Source of the DNA: Chrysomallon squamiferum | Taxonomy: Eukaryota; Animalia; Mollusca | Reading direction: 5' to 3' | DNA: 64,000 bases | Assembly: GCA_012295275.1 (NCBI GenBank) | Contig: CM022670.1 | Span: 13,516,001 to 13,580,000, forward strand | In this document: one piece after another, positions 42,783-55,065 of the stretch | Layout of the letters: every line of letters starts with the position of its first letter | Position numbering within the stretch: position 1 is the stretch's first letter | Program-made: the position numbers and the translations under genes | Notes under the pieces: generated by a model | Seen by the model: the letters and a program-made list of their open reading frames with translations, nothing else | Told to the model about the DNA's origin: nothing | The model's database searches: none

Positions 42783-43849
42783 GTTTAAAAGAAAAAAGAT
42801 AAAACTGGATGATGGTTGTCTCGACTTTTTTTCTCTCTTTTTTTTTTTTTTTTTTTTTTTTTAAAGATAATAAATAAATAAATAAATAACTTTATGGAGG
42901 TGATTAGTAAAAACTTCCTAGTGGAATTTAAAAACCACTTTGTCAGAATTAATAATAATAAATATGTTTCCATTGGTTACTACTTCACCATCCCAAACAA
43001 AATTGATTTAATAAATTCGAAAATTAGCATATTGTTTTCAATACTATCTTCAATCCCTCAAGGTCAAATTTTTGTACAGTCACCAATGATGATTAAAATA
43101 AAAAAAGATAAAACTGGATGATTGGACAAGGAAAACGTTATCTCTAGTATCTTATATGACTTTTTTTTTCTCTCATATCAATAATTACATATACATACAC
43201 ATATATCTGAGTCTGTGTGCTGTGTTTCATATAAATAACAAACGTATACTTTCCAAAGAATTTATTAGTGATATAAAATTTATATATATCATTCCAAAAT
43301 TAAATATGTTTATAACAGGTATAAAATTAATAAATCATTAAAAACGTTTATAATAATAAATATAAATGAAGCTGAAATTTATAAATCAACGTGGTTTCAA
43401 TTGCATCAGTTAAAGAGAGACTTGTTGCTTGCTTAATGCTACTTTTTGATTATTAATTTGACCATAGTTTATAAAAAAATCATTCCTCTCACTTTCTTCT
43501 TTCCATATGAATACAATAACAATAGAAACATCATAATAAATTATTTTGCATAAAAATAAAGCTGGTACAATACAAACATAAAAGATAATTAAAAAATGTT
43601 ATTATTTAAAATAGTTAATCCTCTTTAAAAAATGATTCTGTTTCAGATCAAATTTCCTAACAGATATCTTTTCACAGTGTATTTATGTTATCTTATTTCC
43701 AAATATAAAAATAACTTATTACAAAGATACCAATAATTTGTTCACGTATCACACAAGTAAACAAAGAAGAAAGAATAAAGCATTAGCAAGAATCATCACT
43801 AACTGATTATACTGTTCAAAATATTTTAACATCAGCATAAACTGCATCA

Positions 43850-44360
43850 AATAAAATAAATAAAACAGTTATCAGGAAGCATAAAAAAATAAAATCATGC
43901 ATTTAGTTCTGCTATATCATGTGTTTATATTATCAAAGTGATTCATTATAAACAATTATTGCCTCAAGTAAAATAAATAAAACAATTTTCTGGAAGCATA
44001 CAAAATAGTTCTGCTATATCATGTGTTTATATTATCAAAGTGATTCATTATAAACAATTATTGCCTCAAGTAAAATAAATAAAACAATTTTCTGGAAGCA
44101 TACAAAATAGTTCTGCTATATCATGTGTTTATATTATCAAAGTGATTCATTATAAACAATTAATGCCTCAAGTAAAATAAATAAAACAATTTTCTGGAAG
44201 CATACAAAATAGTTCTGCTATATCATGTGTTTATTTAAATTATTCATTAAAACAGTTAATTCATTAAATAAAACAATTTTCTGGAAGCATACAAAATAGT
44301 TGCCTTGTAAAATAAATAAAACAATTTTATAAACAATTTTCTGGAAGCATACAAAATAGA
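43850..44360. repeat. 102-bp tandem repeat (about 3 full copies plus partials) downstream of the SPRY-RING stop codon, probably in the 3' UTR
   Basis: gctatatcatgtgttt recurs at 43911, 44013, 44115 and 44217; aacaattttctggaagcatacaaaatag repeats further to ~44360. Confidence 0.9.
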
Positions 44361-44691
44361 TGTATTGCAGTAACAAAATAAAATTTAACAAGAAAAACCC
44401 CAAATAACTTTGAGGTATACAAAATGTAATTAGTAAATTTGTTTCCTTTTCCACTGGGACTCTTTTTTAAAGGAAATGGCACATGAGACTATACAACAAT
44501 ATGTACATTTGTGTATCATTTATAACAATATGCTTGCATGATTGACATTTCGTACAAAAATGCCTAATCTATGTAAGTTTGTTTTTTGACTTGACCTATA
44601 AAATCAATTACAGAAGCCAAACAAATGTTCTGACGTAACTTGATTATAAGGTATGGTGATTCAAAATGTGCAGAGGCCTTATCAGCACTGG

Positions 44692-46542
44692 TTAAAAAAA
44701 CAGAGATCTGCTCTCTTTGAAATTATCTCTACAAGTTGGACATTCTCTCCTCCTCTCCTCCCACTGTAAAATACAGTCGTGACAAAATGTGTGGCCACAC
44801 GGATTGAGAAATCTGTTCACTGTGTTCTCCATGCAGATTCCACACAGAGGAATACTTCTAGATTCATCACCCTGCAATTAATTAAAACAGTGAACAATGA
44901 TCTAATACTGAAATTATAATCAATATCAACATATTTTCCTTTTGTTTTTGTTGTTGGTGTTGTTGTTGTTTCTGACATTACAGTATATTAAACATGTTTC
45001 TATGAGTAATTCGCTACCTACCCCTCCACTCTGTAGTCCAGCTGTTGGTGCTCCACCTCCACCACTAGTAACTGTGCCATCACCTCCACCACTAGTAACT
45101 GTGCCTTCACCTCCACCACTAGTAACTGTGCCTTCACCTCCACCACTAGTAACTGTGCCTTCACCTCCACCACTAGTAACTGTGCCTTCACCTCCACCAC
45201 TAGTAACTGTGCCATCACCTCCACCACTAGTAACTGTGCCATTACCTCCACCATCACTTGTATGTGCTGTGGATGACCATGGCTCCTTCTCAACAAGTCT
45301 AACCATTTCACCATAAGAATGGAGTCCTACTATAGGATAAAAACCATCAGCAGGAATAACTAGTGGCTGACTTTCATAAACCTGAAAGTGAAAATGACAC
45401 AAATGGGGAAAAATGAAAATTTAATTTGTTAAATTTGTCTTCAAGAAGATTATGTAATATCATACCAAGGATGCCCGAAGTGTTTTAATTTTGTGTTTTT
45501 CATTCTGACATTTACATGTGTAAATAAAAATGTGAAATATAAAAGTATAAAATAAAAGCTTTAAAAATGATTTAAATCTCAATCATCTGTGATGATTAAA
45601 AAAGATTGTATTATAATGATATTACATATGAGGCTAACCGATTTGCTCTAGTTTCCTCTTGTTTCATCAGGATATATAAACATACACACACACACACACA
45701 CACACTAAATGGCATCACAACTCCAGCTATGAAGGGATAAAATGGCAGTTTTCAAATGTTTGTAACAGATTTATTTTAAATGTCATCCTTTCTTGTAAGT
45801 AATAATAGATCAAACCAATACAAATAATTTTCTTAGTCTAATAATTCATACCACCCTAAGTACACTTTTGATATGAAATAAATTAGTATTTGATGACAAC
45901 TCAGCAGTGAAACAAATACTTCACTAATTAAAGACAAATAATAACTGAAAATAATAAAATCTAAATGTTGAATTAATATCTGGTGTTTATAAAGAGTTCT
46001 TTTGATATATTTTTTTTAATGAAATCATTCATTCAGAAACTTTATAAACTGAACTGAGCTTCCATGTTGTTAATTATTAATACTAAACTCACCAACTGGT
46101 TTCTCAGATAAAACTTTACAGTATTTGTAGAAAATAAAAGTTCACAAGTCATGGTATCTCCAGCATGTGCTGGCTGCACGTTTATATTAGGATGTCCATT
46201 TTCAAGAAATATACTGAAATCAAAATAATTTTATTTATAACATTACAAATAACAATATCAGTTGAAAATTAAATTGTAAATGGTCATTTATTGTCAAATA
46301 TAAGGATATCCACATTCAAGAAATAATTCAAGAAATTAAGATCTGGCTTTACTGACATGAGTAGAGATAAAAATATGTATGGAAATTAAATTACAGATGG
46401 CTAATAATGATCATTTATAAGAAAAGATGTCATATAAATAACTTTAGTTTTTAATAAAAGATGATGAAATTTCCACATTAATATTTTAAAGTTTATTTTA
46501 TGAATGAATGTTTTCATTTTAATTTTTAATTTAATTTTTTTA

Positions 46543-46575
<33 letters not shown>

Positions 46576-48345
46576 TAATTTACATTTAATAATAATTTTG
46601 TTATACTGCATTTATTAAAAAAAATTATTGAAAAACAAGGTAGATTTAAAATACAAAATATTTTATTTGGAATATTGTTTTCAAAAAAATAAAAAATAAA
46701 AAAAATATATTTATCTATAGTTATGTGGACATCACCATAATTGTATCTTAATGTTATTAACAGAAAATATTTATACATTTACCCTCCATCGTCTGCATGG
46801 TAACCAACTGAGCAGTGAGTCCATCCTGGTTGGTGATTCGGTGGATAGTTTTTGTCACACAGACCAATAGCAATAGCACGTATCAAACCAGGATTCATAA
46901 TAACTGTTTCGATAAAATTAAACTTTAATTTAAAGTTTAATTTAAAATACAATAATCATGTAGCAGAAGAAACAACAACAACAACAAAAACAATACGTTG
47001 GTAAAATGGGTATAAATAAGTATACGGAAAGCTAATAAAAGACAGGCAGACATTTAATTATTGTAACAGGTTTAATGTTATGAAAGTGAAGCAGAGCAGA
47101 AGACATGTAAAGAGAGATGGGAAAGCAAGGGGAGAGAGAGAAGTCATTGCAGCGAATGACAGCTAGAATGACACTAACAGAATGATGAAGTGACTATGTA
47201 ACTTAATGAAGCCAATTATTTTTTGATCTTCTTACTTTTTAAATATTCTTTTTTGTTATTCAGCTAAATCTAGAGAAATATGTGTCACTGAAGAACCTTC
47301 AGATAATTTACCTATAGAGAATTTGTTGCAAGTACGAGTAAGTGGGTTCTTGGCAATGACCTGTGCAACTGGTTTGTTTGGTTCAGCACTGTTGTACCTG
47401 ATACAAAGAGATGAAGGGAAATAACTGTTGTTCTTTATTAAGTATATGTGGTTTACACTAAAACAAAGGAAATAAGTCTTGTTTAATATGTACTATATTT
47501 GGGTTAAACTGAAACGAAGGGAAGCAACTCTTGTTTATTATGTACTATATTTGGTGTAAACTGAAACAAAGGGAAACGACTCTCTTATTTCATTATTAAT
47601 TTTAATATGTTTTGTTGCCACTGAAGCAAAAGGGAAGTAACTGATGAGAATTGAATTATTCCTTTTTCAGCCTATTATTAAAGTAAAAAGAATTTACCTA
47701 ATATATCCTACTCCATGGTCAATCAAAGCTTCTCTACAAAATGATGTGTGATAAACAACATTCTGTAAAAAACCCATTAAAAATTATGTTAAAAAATGAT
47801 AAAAAAAACAACAACAACTAAACAACTGATATATTTATATATTCAAAATCAAATATCTAAACAAAATTCAAATACCAAAAAATGTGATGAAAAACACTGA
47901 AAAATGTGGAAAAAAAGTCTCCCAATTTACTTGCATTTTGAAATCATGCATAATTATAATCAAAGCTACAACAATAAATATTAAGATGTTAAAGAAACTT
48001 GCTAAAGGCTAAAAAAAAAGGGGATAAGAGGTTTTTACCAACACAGTCTCTGATTCTGAAGACTTGGATTATTATAACAACAAAGTATAATAAGTACTGA
48101 TGAACATTTTTTTATTATTATTATTATTATTACATATTTTCTGTTATTGCAAATGAGAGAAATTCTACTATTATTATAATATCAAAGTATAACAATTTTT
48201 GATGGGTGAAATTCTATTATTATTACATATTTACTATTATTATAATATCAAAGTATAAAAAGTATAGAAATTCTAATGTTGTTATATATTTACTATTACT
48301 ACATGTATGTGTGATTATCTTAATAACAAAGTGTAATAAGTACTG

Positions 48346-48417
<72 letters not shown>

Positions 48418-48941
48418 TAGATATAACCACATATGATTAATTTAATAACCTAATGTATCAGATATTGAAGGGTTTCAGAAACTTGTCAAAAATCAGTGAA
48501 TATAAAGAAATTATGTCAACCCCTGCCCTCATTCTCTCAGCTTTAGAAAAAAAGAAAAAAAAAGGGACAATGCTGTGGAAAATACCTGCACAGAATCTTC
48601 ACCTTGCCAGGCTGCAGTTTCTAACAACTGGACAGTTTCACCAAAAGAATGCATCCCAATCACTGGGTAGAATCCATTCACTGGTAGCGCTACTTTTGTC
48701 TTGAATACCTGTAAAAAATATACATTGTGTTTTAGTAGTCATAGAACTATACACCAGTTTCAGTTTGTACACAATGTATTTCAATTTCAACTTATAGTGT
48801 TGTATATTTCAAACATTAGTGTGGATTATTTTCATTAGCAATGTTTAGAATAACTGGTGAGCAAAAATAAAATGGTTACTGGTTGTTGGTTTAGCCTTTT
48901 TGTTTATATAATATTAATCTTCAAAAAATGTTTAAAAATTA

Positions 48942-48980
<39 letters not shown>

Positions 48981-51900
48981 ACAAAACAAAAACACAATCA
49001 AAAAAGAAAAAGAAAAAGAAAGAAAGAAAAATGAAAAAATGAAGGCTATTAATATCACATAATCATTTTTGTTTTATTTTTGTTTTGTTGTTTTCTTTAT
49101 GAATATCATATAAGTATAATATTATTCTAAACATAAAGCAAAAAAATAAATATCAGGACTATATTCCCAATCCAGGATTGCTCCTAGACTGTTATGTAAA
49201 AGTCCAAAGTATGCCTATGCATTCCTATATGGCTGACAAAAGAAAGTAGCCATTTTCCTCTGGAAACTATGGATAAAATACTCCAAAAGTTTGACAGATA
49301 ATGACTTAATTAATGAGTGCAATTTAATGAAATCATAAAAGCAAACAAAGTCAAAACACAGTCCTACCTGTTGTTTGTTTTTTGAAAATATTACAGTATT
49401 ATCTGGAAAACTGTACTGACAACCCATCACTTCACCCACTTTAACTTTTGCAACCACAATTCTTGAAGAGGGCTTGGCGCCATATATCCTGTGTAAAAAA
49501 AACACAAACATTTTCTGAAAGCAAGATAAGAGAAATTCACAAAGTCACAAGACCAGTCCTCACTGAACTGTTGTCTATTTTAGTTAGTAAACATGGGTGG
49601 TTTCTTAAAGACTGTGATACAGGCTTTGCTACCCAATAAAGTGTAACAACAGCAGGTTTTGTCTCATGTATCTTCATTATACAAGAAAAACAGGAGTTAA
49701 ACAAATTTATAAATGTGCATCTGACAAAAATTAATTACATCATTTGTGCTAAACTATTTCATCAAAATTCAAAACAAAACCCAAACTATTGACTTATAAA
49801 CTTGTTCTGTGCAGATCATATATATATATATATTTTAGCAACATTTAGAAGCAACTTACTTTCCATCATCAGCATGATAAGCTATGGACATGGCTTCCCA
49901 GCCTGGCTGTCTATGTGCAGGGTAATGGCGATGACACAAACCTATTGCTATACATCCTTTTGTTCCCTCATTCACTATTACTGAAACAAAATGTCCATTA
50001 TTTTGTTAGTTCAAATTTACTGTTTAAAAACTAAATAATAAAACTACATTTGTATTGCAACTGATAATATAATAATACTGTCTTGCATGACATACAAAAA
50101 AAAAAAAAGACAGAAGTTGAGAGAAAGAGCCTGAGAAAATAATGGGAGAGACAATGGGTCAGAGAGAAAGAGACTGTAAAAAGAATTGTTTAGACAGCAA
50201 GTGAGAAACAGAAAAAAAGAAATATAAGGATTGAGAGTTAGACAAGTTTGGAACAGGAAGTGAGACAAATACAAAACATATAAGGTATATAAAAAGTCTT
50301 CTTTGATTTAATAATAATAATAATAATAATAATAATGATGATGATGTTGTGATCTTACCAAAAGAAAATGCATTAGAGTTTGGAGTTAATGGTTTAGCAC
50401 CAATAAACTGTCCAACAGGAACTCGAGGTGAACTACTGTAGTAACTGAAACAGGATCAAATTACATGCTTTTATTTTTAACACCAGTGCTCTTTACACAC
50501 ATTCAACATGGGTCCAAGCACTTATCATAAAACAGTTTCTGTACATTTCAACTTAATTCTTGTGTTATGAAATTTTTAAAAAGACACAAATGTTCTGCTA
50601 ATTACAAAATATCAAACTACAAATAAATCATTAGTTAAAATTTTTAAAATTTATAAATTATTATTTAAGACCTTTTCTGATGCTAGTGTAGAATAATCAC
50701 CACAATTTCATGTTTTCAGATGAACATCCATTACTGTTTCTGTGTAATAATGGAAATTGGAGTTAACATATTAAGGATATTTTGAACAGTGCTATATTTG
50801 AATACTTGGTGTCAAAGTACAATAATATCTATATAATATATATAGGCTAAGCAAATGAAGTTCTACACTGATAAATGTGTAAACCACTGTAGCCAGCAAA
50901 CATTTATTTTATAAGCTTCGATATGTAAATAATCATCTCGGAATGATGCAACATTAAATTTAAGCCTAGTTTATATAACTAACCTCAGAATACCATTTGT
51001 GTGGTTTATGTTCAGTTCTCTGCAGTGTAGACTGTGATATACAATTTGATTTTCATTTTCCTAAAACAGATTTTTCAAATAAATATTTCAGTAATAGGAC
51101 AAATAAAATGCTTGGTGCAAGTCTAGTAAATACAAGTATATTAATATCACACAAATGTAAGGCATAATTAAAAAAAATAACTGATACAAAATCAGAATTA
51201 GGCTGGTGCTTTTGTTTATGTGTGAAAAAAAATCACACACATACATACATGCTCAAATGCTGAAATGTTATATGTCTGGGTGTGTGGGTATTTCTATATG
51301 AGCATGTCTGTTTAAATGTCTTTCTTGGGTAGATGCATTTTATTTTGTATGTGCCGTCTTTCAATGAATGTTGTAAATGAGTGAAATTAAAAAAGACTAA
51401 TAAAAAGTGAGTTATAGTTACACTAGTGGCAGACATATATCACACCTGTTCGTCATCAGATGGTAGCCAGGGATTTCTATCAATAATACTAACACTTTCT
51501 CCAAATGAGTGGAACCCAATAGCCGGGTAAAATCCTCCATATGGTATTTGTATCTTATTACTTCTGTATACCTAATAGATAAATTTAAAAAAAAAAAAAA
51601 AAAAAATGTTTTTATAATAAATAAATAAATAAATAAATAAATATATAATAATGAACATTAATACTGCCATTTGGGTTTTTTTTCTTTTGTAACACAAATG
51701 TCAAAGAAATATCCAAACCAAACTTTGTATTTGTTCTGACATGATTTGGTTTTGAGAAGTTTCAGCATTATGTATGATCACTATGGAAAACAGTGATTTA
51801 ATATTTTTTAAATGTTTTTGTTACTTTCATTCTTTTTTTTTTACTTTTTTTTATTTGCAGGAGTTGTAAACACTAGAATGTTATTACTTCAAAAATTTAA

Positions 51901-52612
51901 GTAACTCTTATTTGTAATAAGAAATGTACCTCAATATTATTGCGAAAAAAAGACACAGTCTGATTATTGAAGTTCAGGGTGCATCCCATAATTTCACCAA
52001 TACCAACACGGTCAACATTTTTGATAGGATGGCCATATTCATGAAATATTCTGAAATTTATATACATGAATGAACACACACACACACACAAAATCTAAAA
52101 ATCAAAAGTCTATCAAATATTCCTTTCAAACAATTAATATATGCAATATGATAGCCACGTACACCTAGTTTTCTAACAACTGATTTTTATATTTTTAAAA
52201 AATCTTTGTCATTTCTTTTTCTCTTTTATTGTTTCTCACATTCTCTCACAGATAAACGACAATTACCATGGCAAGCTTTAATTTAGTTAAATATATTTGG
52301 CAAAGAATGAGAAAAGCAATGGCTGATATGCACCCTCCATCATCAGCATGATAGGCTATTGACATGTGATCCCAGCCTGGTTGTCTGTGTGCTGGGTAAT
52401 GTCGGTGAACCAAGCCAATAGAAATACATCCCTTGGTGCCAGTATTGACTACCACTGAAATAGTTGTATTAATAAAAATAATTATACCACAAATGTCATA
52501 CATTTTTTTTTTTTTTTTGAATTATCAATATTGTTGTTGCCATTGTTATTTACATTGTTAATTATTATATTATTTTTATTATTTACTCATTTTCTGTTTT
52601 TATTATTATTAT

Positions 52613-52652
<40 letters not shown>

Positions 52653-53452
52653 TGTTCTTGTTGTTGTTATCAAAGGTCACTTTATTATTATTTATTATAC
52701 TTCTGCTGTCAAATCATCACACTCATCTCATTAATAATTATATTATTTATATAAAGACTTTTATCAAGTAGTATATAATAAGGCAGGGAATCTCACCAAA
52801 TGAAAATGTATTGCACTCTGGTGTCAAAGGTCTGGCTGCAATAATCTGGCCAACAGGAATATCTGGTGATGCACTGTTGTAACTATGGCAACAAATTATT
52901 TATGAAAAAGCTTAACAATATCACAGCAAATTTTTTTTAAAAATCAGTTACTTGGTGTCAAACAAAGGTAAATATACAAAGCACACACACACCCACACAC
53001 ACAGTTACATAAACTTGCATGCACAGGGATTGATGATCAGAATCAAAAAAAAAAAAAAAAATAACAAATATATTTTCAAATTTAGTTTCTGGAACTGGTC
53101 AAGAATGTGCATCACTGGTTATTAACAGCATAAAAAAATTATATCTACATTTGAAACAAATTACTGAAATGGCCGTATATTTTATATAGTAAGAAGGTAT
53201 TATACATTGTGATGGTTAAAACCTTTACACATGCACACACTAATGTTTCTGGAATAAATTAATGAAAAAATAATGTATCAAAAAAAAAAAATGTACTTTT
53301 TTTCTTAACCTATATTAGATAATGATGTAAATATGTGTGTTGATGTTGCTGTTGTTTTCACTAAAACTTTGGTACCTTGCAATTCCAGTTTCATCACTAA
53401 TTGTAACCTCGCGAGAATACAGTGTATTGAAAATCCTTCTTCTGACAGCCAT
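44692..53452 (-). CDS. Triple-SPRY (SPRYD3-like B30.2/SPRY) plus C-terminal RING-HC protein, putative E3 ubiquitin ligase, 663 aa, 16 exons
   Basis: Exons in transcription order: 53452-53376, 52882-52797, 52454-52334, 52050-51930, 51571-51446 | 51060-50984, 50444-50359, 49980-49860, 49488-49368, 48708-48586 | 47762-47698, 47397-47312, 46903-46783, 46213-46093, 45381-45022 | 44871-44692. Total 1992 nt, all GT-AG, open frame throughout. Each module has the SPRY motifs IxIGL...QPGW...S(I/V)(A/G)YHADDG...G(E/D)xM(G/T)C...V.F..N...GFYPxxGxHSxGE. The last exon has CxxC-x11-CxH-xx-CxxC-x10-CxxC. Confidence 0.9.
45052..45253 (-). repeat. Coding 27-bp tandem repeat encoding (GGG[E/D/N]GTVTS)x7 linker
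   Basis: + strand unit cacctccaccactagtaactgtgcc(a/t)t; in frame within the 360-nt exon 15 between SPRY3 and the RING exon. Confidence 0.95.
47398..47640 (-). repeat. ~52-bp intronic tandem repeat made of duplicated splice-acceptor-like sequence
   Basis: + strand ct(g/a)aaac(a/g)aaggga-like motif at 47458, 47509, 47561 and 47621, which reads as (Y)n-AG on the gene strand. The acceptor used in my model is at 47398. Confidence 0.7.
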
Positions 53453-53699
53453 ACCCCGACAGTTGTGTGTCTAAGACAGAAAGTTATCTTTTTAAAGACA
53501 GATGTCATCATCTTTATAATTTAAAAACTATATAGTATACAGTTAACCATTAATTTTACATATTATGACTGATCTATAAACAGATATTCAGATATATAAA
53601 CACACACACACACAAAAAAAGATTATCCTTTACCTATAATTTTAATAATCATATATTTCATAGCATTTTACTCATTACAGCCATAAAATGTACTAATTA

Positions 53700-54400
53700 T
53701 TTATTAATTCAAATATTAATATAAACTAGTAGATATTCAAAAGTGAGTCTTCGTGTTTTTTATGTTTCGTTTAATTATTTGTTTACATCTATGATCTATT
53801 CAAAAACTTCCGGGTTCGACACCCAAGGATTAATATTTCGTACCCTAATTCAGTTTTTATATTGTACCGCAGTTTGTTGTTCTTCTGATAGTAAACATTT
53901 ACACTGGTCATATAAATAAATCTAAGTGTGTACTGGCTTTTCAGATCAACCAAAATTCCACTCTCTTTGATTTCCTTCTTTTCTTTTTTTTATCGAAACG
54001 TAGCTGTCCGCTTGTGTGACTTTCGACAAAACGGTGAAAACCAAATTTATTCTTGTTTTGAAAAGAAAGGATATCAGTGAATTGTATTTATACGTACATG
54101 GCTTTTTACATTGCAGTTTTAAGTAATCTTCACGATGTGGCAGTTTTATTTCTCTTATGTCTGTCTGCAGTTTGAACTTTGTTGTTTGTGATATTTCTTC
54201 CGTGTTTTAAAGGTGGTATTAGAATATTTAAAAACAAGGAACATTTTCTTTAGTCACCGGTGAAAGAATCGCGGTCAGACCATGAGAATGAAAATTTGGA
54301 TGATTTAACAATCGAAAGTGAGCTTAGATATCATTAAATCGCCCTTTAATAATATCTTAAAGGTAACAGAATTACAAAATTAGTAAAATATTTAGTGAAA
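53700..54400. promoter_or_regulatory. Candidate bidirectional promoter between the SPRY-RING gene and the + strand unknown gene
   Basis: Divergent ATGs at 53452 (-) and 55066 (+), each preceded by a splice acceptor (53471-53472; 55043-55044). Perfect ETS/GABP motif ACTTCCGG at 53806-53813 and locally raised CpG content. Confidence 0.5.
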
Positions 54401-55065
54401 TCTATGTGGACAGTGTATGGACCGTAACAAGAAACAACAAGATTACTAAAGTCTAAATATAATAATTATAATAATTCACATTTATTTTACGAATACAAGT
54501 ATTTAACATAATAATTTCCTCTTTTTTCAGTGATTAACCTAATTCACATAAATAATAATGGTGGTTTAAAAATTGAGAAAATTATATTTATTCAGTATTA
54601 ACAACGAACAGATAAAATGTAGTTAATTATTATTAAATTTTTCTTTCTTCATTAATCATGGAAGTTAAACGAGCACCATGGCATAACTTCCCATAAGACT
54701 TAATAATTATGCAGTGCTCGGTCCCTTTTAATTTGTTTACCTTAAATATTAACTCTGTCACTAAATGAGTGTTATTCGTATATGAGATGTGAAAAGCTAT
54801 GCACCGAAGTCTTAAAATCTGTAAATTTTGTAATTACTAAATATTACGGATTTTCACGTTAACTGGTGATGCGGTGCAGAATAGGTTTTAAATCAAGTAT
54901 GTAAAGTTTTTGTGACAAGCTGGTACTTTCCAGTAATAACAAGACTATTTCTCTGGCACATGTCATAAGCTTGTGCAATCTTGCAACATAATATGTTTAT
55001 TTATTTCAAAGTATATTTACAACTTTTATTTATACATTTTCTAGTTGACAAATCAAACTTTGAGA

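Noticed and set aside
44942-45316. Extensin-like (SPPPLVTVP)n ORF on the + strand and (VVEVKAQLL)n ORF on the - strand
   Set aside because: Shadow frames of the 27-bp repeat; the true frame is continuous with the SPRY3 motif GFYPIVGLHSYGE and splices to the RING exon.
53305-53511. ORF-track frame (MMTSVFKK...) as the first exon of the SPRY-RING gene
   Set aside because: A different frame starting at ATG 53452 (MAVRRRIFNTLYSREVTISDETGIA) is homologous to the first exons of modules 2 and 3 and has the right phase-2 donor.
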